From Lama glama (lineage: Eukaryota), in contig CM052818.1 of the NCBI GenBank assembly GCA_028534125.1, positions 6,326,001 through 6,390,000 of the forward strand: a DNA stretch of 64,000 nt, in the 5' to 3' direction. This document shows, piece by piece, positions 60,971-64,000 of the stretch (the first letter of the stretch is position 1; each line of letters begins with the position of its first letter). The notes under the pieces were generated by a model that was not told where the DNA came from, did no database searches, and saw nothing but the letters and a program-made list of their open reading frames with translations. The position numbers and the translations under genes are program-made.

Positions 60971-62009
60971 TAGCGTATGTTCAAATGAGTTTTAAAAGAG
61001 AGGCAGAGAGTGGCTAATGAACACACAGAGACACAGAAGTGTTGTGCCGTTTTCCCAGGGAAAGTGTAGATCACCCCTTAAATCGCAGGGGCCCTCTGAA
61101 CTCTGGCTAATTTTCAAAGTGAGATGAGGTTGTTTTTAGAAACAATTTGCCTTCTATTAACAATGAAATCCAATGCGGTTTCAAATATTAGAAAGTAAAA
61201 CATATACAACTTAGAGGGACTGGTGGGGCAGCCAACAGATCAGGCATTATTTAGGTAGGCCTGACAGTCAAGGCCACTTTACACCATTACGGACCAGACT
61301 AAACAAACCTGACCCCCAGGGTGACCCTCCAAGGATCCCAAAAGATTGGAAACTCCGAAAAGGCAGCCCTGACCAGACTTTACAGCCTGGTAATGGCATG
61401 CAAACGACACATTGTCTCTGTCACGCAGCCAAAGGTTGGTGTTGTATATGAGAGCAATTTCCTCAAGAATTCAGAGGAAAATGTGATACTTGGCCTTTTT
61501 GGGATGGAGTTCACAACAGCAAGTGTATTTACTAGTGGGGGACGCCCAGGCCTCCTGATGAGTGCCCCATCCAGGAACCTGCCCCAGCAGGGCGAGTTTC
61601 CCGACTCCAGCCTCCCCAGGTGGCAGCAGCAGGGATGTCAGATGTGGGAGGAGGGGAGGGCCCACTCACCCAGAACGGGAAAGGCCTCGTTGGCAGGAGA
61701 TTTGAAAAGCTGAAACTGCGTCTAGGAAAACATCACTGAGGTTCAGAATCACCCTTCACCGGAAAGCCGGTTTCACTCCTCCCCTGCAAGTTTTGTCTGG
61801 TTGCCCCGTCACCCAGGTCAGGCTCACCTAGAAAACGTCCATAGTGGGTGGCCCTGAGTCCAGCCTGTTCAAGGACCTGTTTTCACATGTTCCTCTTACA
61901 CAACTGGACACCCCACACGGGATGATTCAGATCTGTCCTGTGGGGGACTGGTTACTCCAAACAGCCCTCAACCAGGAGTTGGCTGGGAAAGATGTGTTTG
62001 CTGGTGGCG

Positions 62010-62105
62010 TGGGGAGAGGAGGGAATGGCAGGGGAGGGGAGTGGAGGGGAGGGGAGAGGAGGGGAGAGGGGAGGGGAGAGGAGGGGAGGTGGGAGGAGAA
62101 AGGGA
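62010..62105. repeat. G-rich purine low-complexity tract ((GGGGA)n-like)
   Basis: 'ggggagaggagggaatggcaggggaggggagtggagggggaggggagaggaggggagagggg...' seen directly. Confidence 0.9.
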
Positions 62106-63629
62106 AATATAAAGGGAACAGCAGCTACGACTATGAATATGCTCTGATGAGAACATAAGCTTCTGGGAGGACTTCAGATTTGAATACCAGCATGATGCAT
62201 CTGGAATCTTTTACTTTTCCTACTTTTTTTTCTCACAAAACAGGCCAGGGACCTGATTCTTTATTATATGCCTGTGGCTGCTACCCAGAGTCCTCCTGGA
62301 CCCTGAGGAAGGGAGTTGTGCCTCTGCCCCCAGACTTCCAGACCCTCTTCTCTCTGACCCTCCAAACATCAGGTCCTGTCAGGACCATCAATACGTAACC
62401 AGTCCTCTTTAAGAGTGATCTGTACTTGTGGACTTTAAGAAAAGAACGTAAAACCCATACCGGGGATTTAAAGGCTGCTTACCACCTCTCTAAAAATCCC
62501 TCTTTATTACCTCTATTTGGAAACCAGAATTTAGCTCTGACCCATCATCTTTTTCAGATAATCCCCGGTCCCACGTAAGTTCAAACAAGACGTCCTTTCA
62601 GCCTGTAATACAGCATCCAATTCAAGGGGCCCTTATCTGTAGGTGGATCATGAGTTTTGTGCTGGAGGGAGGTGGCAAATGTGGAGCATTTGTGTTTGGA
62701 AGCATGTGCATCCTAATTTTTTTCTTCCTTGAAACAACGATCCTGCTTTAGACAGATTAAGGGGGGATAAAAGCAATGTGGCTCCCAGGTGAAGCGCAAG
62801 CCCAGCCTTTTTGATAAAGAGAAAGCAGTCAGCAGAGTCTCCACAGAAACAAAGCACCTTGGCCGCCCTGGATATAAGACGGCGCTAGTTCAGTTCAGCC
62901 CAGGACTGAACAAATCGCCTAGCCTCCAGGTGGCCAGGCCTTCCACTGGGAGAGGCCACCAGGGGTCTGGGAGACTCACTCACCTCCCAAAAGGGGAGGA
63001 AATTACTTCTTCCTCATCACGAAGAGGCCTGAGCAGCGGCCTGCTCCCGTGTCTGCGTAGGTTCTCCAGAAACCAGACCCGCAGCAGAGAGGCCCGGCCA
63101 CCAGCCCAGCGGCCCCGCATCCTGCAGCAGCTGCGTGCCCTCCAGCCCCGAGGGTCACCTCCCAAATGACCCCGCCCCGCAGAAGTTTAAACGAGGCATT
63201 GCTTTCAGCCTGTGCTCACAGTGAGGTTCTGTCCCTGGATTCAAGGGGCCTTCATGTCACCCTCCCCTCCTCCTCTGCCCTTTAACCCCCTCTGGGAGGG
63301 ATTCATTATGCATATTGCATGAAATGAGGACCACAGGCCGGGCCTCGACAAGCAGCTAATTGAAAACCTTGTCAGAAGTGGGAGGAAGAGGCAGAGGGGG
63401 GAAAACAACCACCCCTGACAGGGCCCTCTCTTGTTGTGAACAGTGACACACCCTCCCCGAAGGGTGGGCCTCGCTCCATCTCGGCCATGCAGGAGTCCGT
63501 CCTCCCTGCTGAGAGGACTTGGGGACTAAGTCCTTAGAGGACTCAGAGACAGTGCCTGACAAATCAAAAAACCCTGCCCAGACTCCAGACTCTGGGGCTC
63601 ACTCACTCTATGAGCACAGGGTGCCTGCT

Positions 63630-63810
63630 GCTCTCAGCTGTGAGATGCTATGCAAATGACTCAACTTCTCTGGGCCTCAGTTTCTTCCTCTGTAAAATGG
63701 GGATAAGAACTGCATCTGCTTGACAGGGTCCCTGCAAGGATTAAATGTGACAATGCATGTAAGCATGTCACACAATGCCTGATACAGTAAGTAACAACTA
63801 TTAATATTTT
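63630..63810 (+). mobile_element. MIR SINE
   Basis: 'aacttctctgggcctcagtttcttcctctgtaaaatggggataa...aggattaaatgtgacaatgcatgtaa...atgcctgatacagtaagt'. Confidence 0.85.
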
Positions 63811-64000
63811 GTTCTCGTTTATAACAATGAGTAAGTATTCTCCCCTTACCAGACTGGAGAGAACAGAGGAGGGAAAAATAGAGTAGAAAGAGCTGAGACC
63901 GCTGTTCTTCCTGCATTTCGTAACTAAATCCAGTATCAGTTCCACGGACGTCTTTAAATGGTAAAGGGAGCACAGATGTATGTCTGTGTCACGGTAGGAA

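Noticed and set aside
60484..61074. Longest ORF in the track (196 aa, minus strand)
   Set aside because: Non-ATG start, no recognisable domain, overlaps an L1ME tail; consistent with chance.
1..64000. Naming a host gene
   Set aside because: No recognisable coding exon. A minus-strand long-intron gene is only inferred from splice-like signals, so any symbol would be a guess.
1..64000. Prokaryotic-type systems (CRISPR arrays, operons, defence islands), rRNA, NUMT or processed pseudogenes
   Set aside because: Sequence is mammalian and repeat-rich; I saw no regularly spaced repeat-spacer array, long ORF, or recognisable structural-RNA, mitochondrial or mRNA-derived segment.

Overview
Mammalian nuclear DNA, most likely camelid (Camelus/Vicugna/Lama). 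This rests on two copies of a short tRNA-derived SINE resembling the camelid family, cetartiodactyl-type young L1 3' ends, and no recognisable Alu, B1, Bov-tA/BovB or PRE1. The window reads as a large intron or intergenic interval. I could not support any host protein-coding exon; the only recognisable proteins in the ORF track are decayed LINE-1 ORF1/ORF2 fragments. It holds many ancient repeats (MIR, L2, MER5, MER20, MER94, MLT1, LTR16, L1M), microsatellites, two long polypurine tracts and a 100-N assembly gap. The best non-repeat signal is a small CpG-rich, promoter-like element at ~11.9-12.65 kb (perfect NRF1 palindrome, Z-DNA-prone tract, G16 run) followed on the minus strand by a GTGAGT donor. 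Several other minus-strand splice-site-like signals and repeat-poor, motif-dense blocks suggest a long minus-strand transcription unit with enhancers, but the gene cannot be named from sequence alone. The most distinctive structure is a 60-bp inverted, locally templated copy of a neighbouring MLT1 segment flanked by a 16-bp direct repeat. I found no convincing novel biological system. Repeat subfamily names and boundaries are by eye and approximate.
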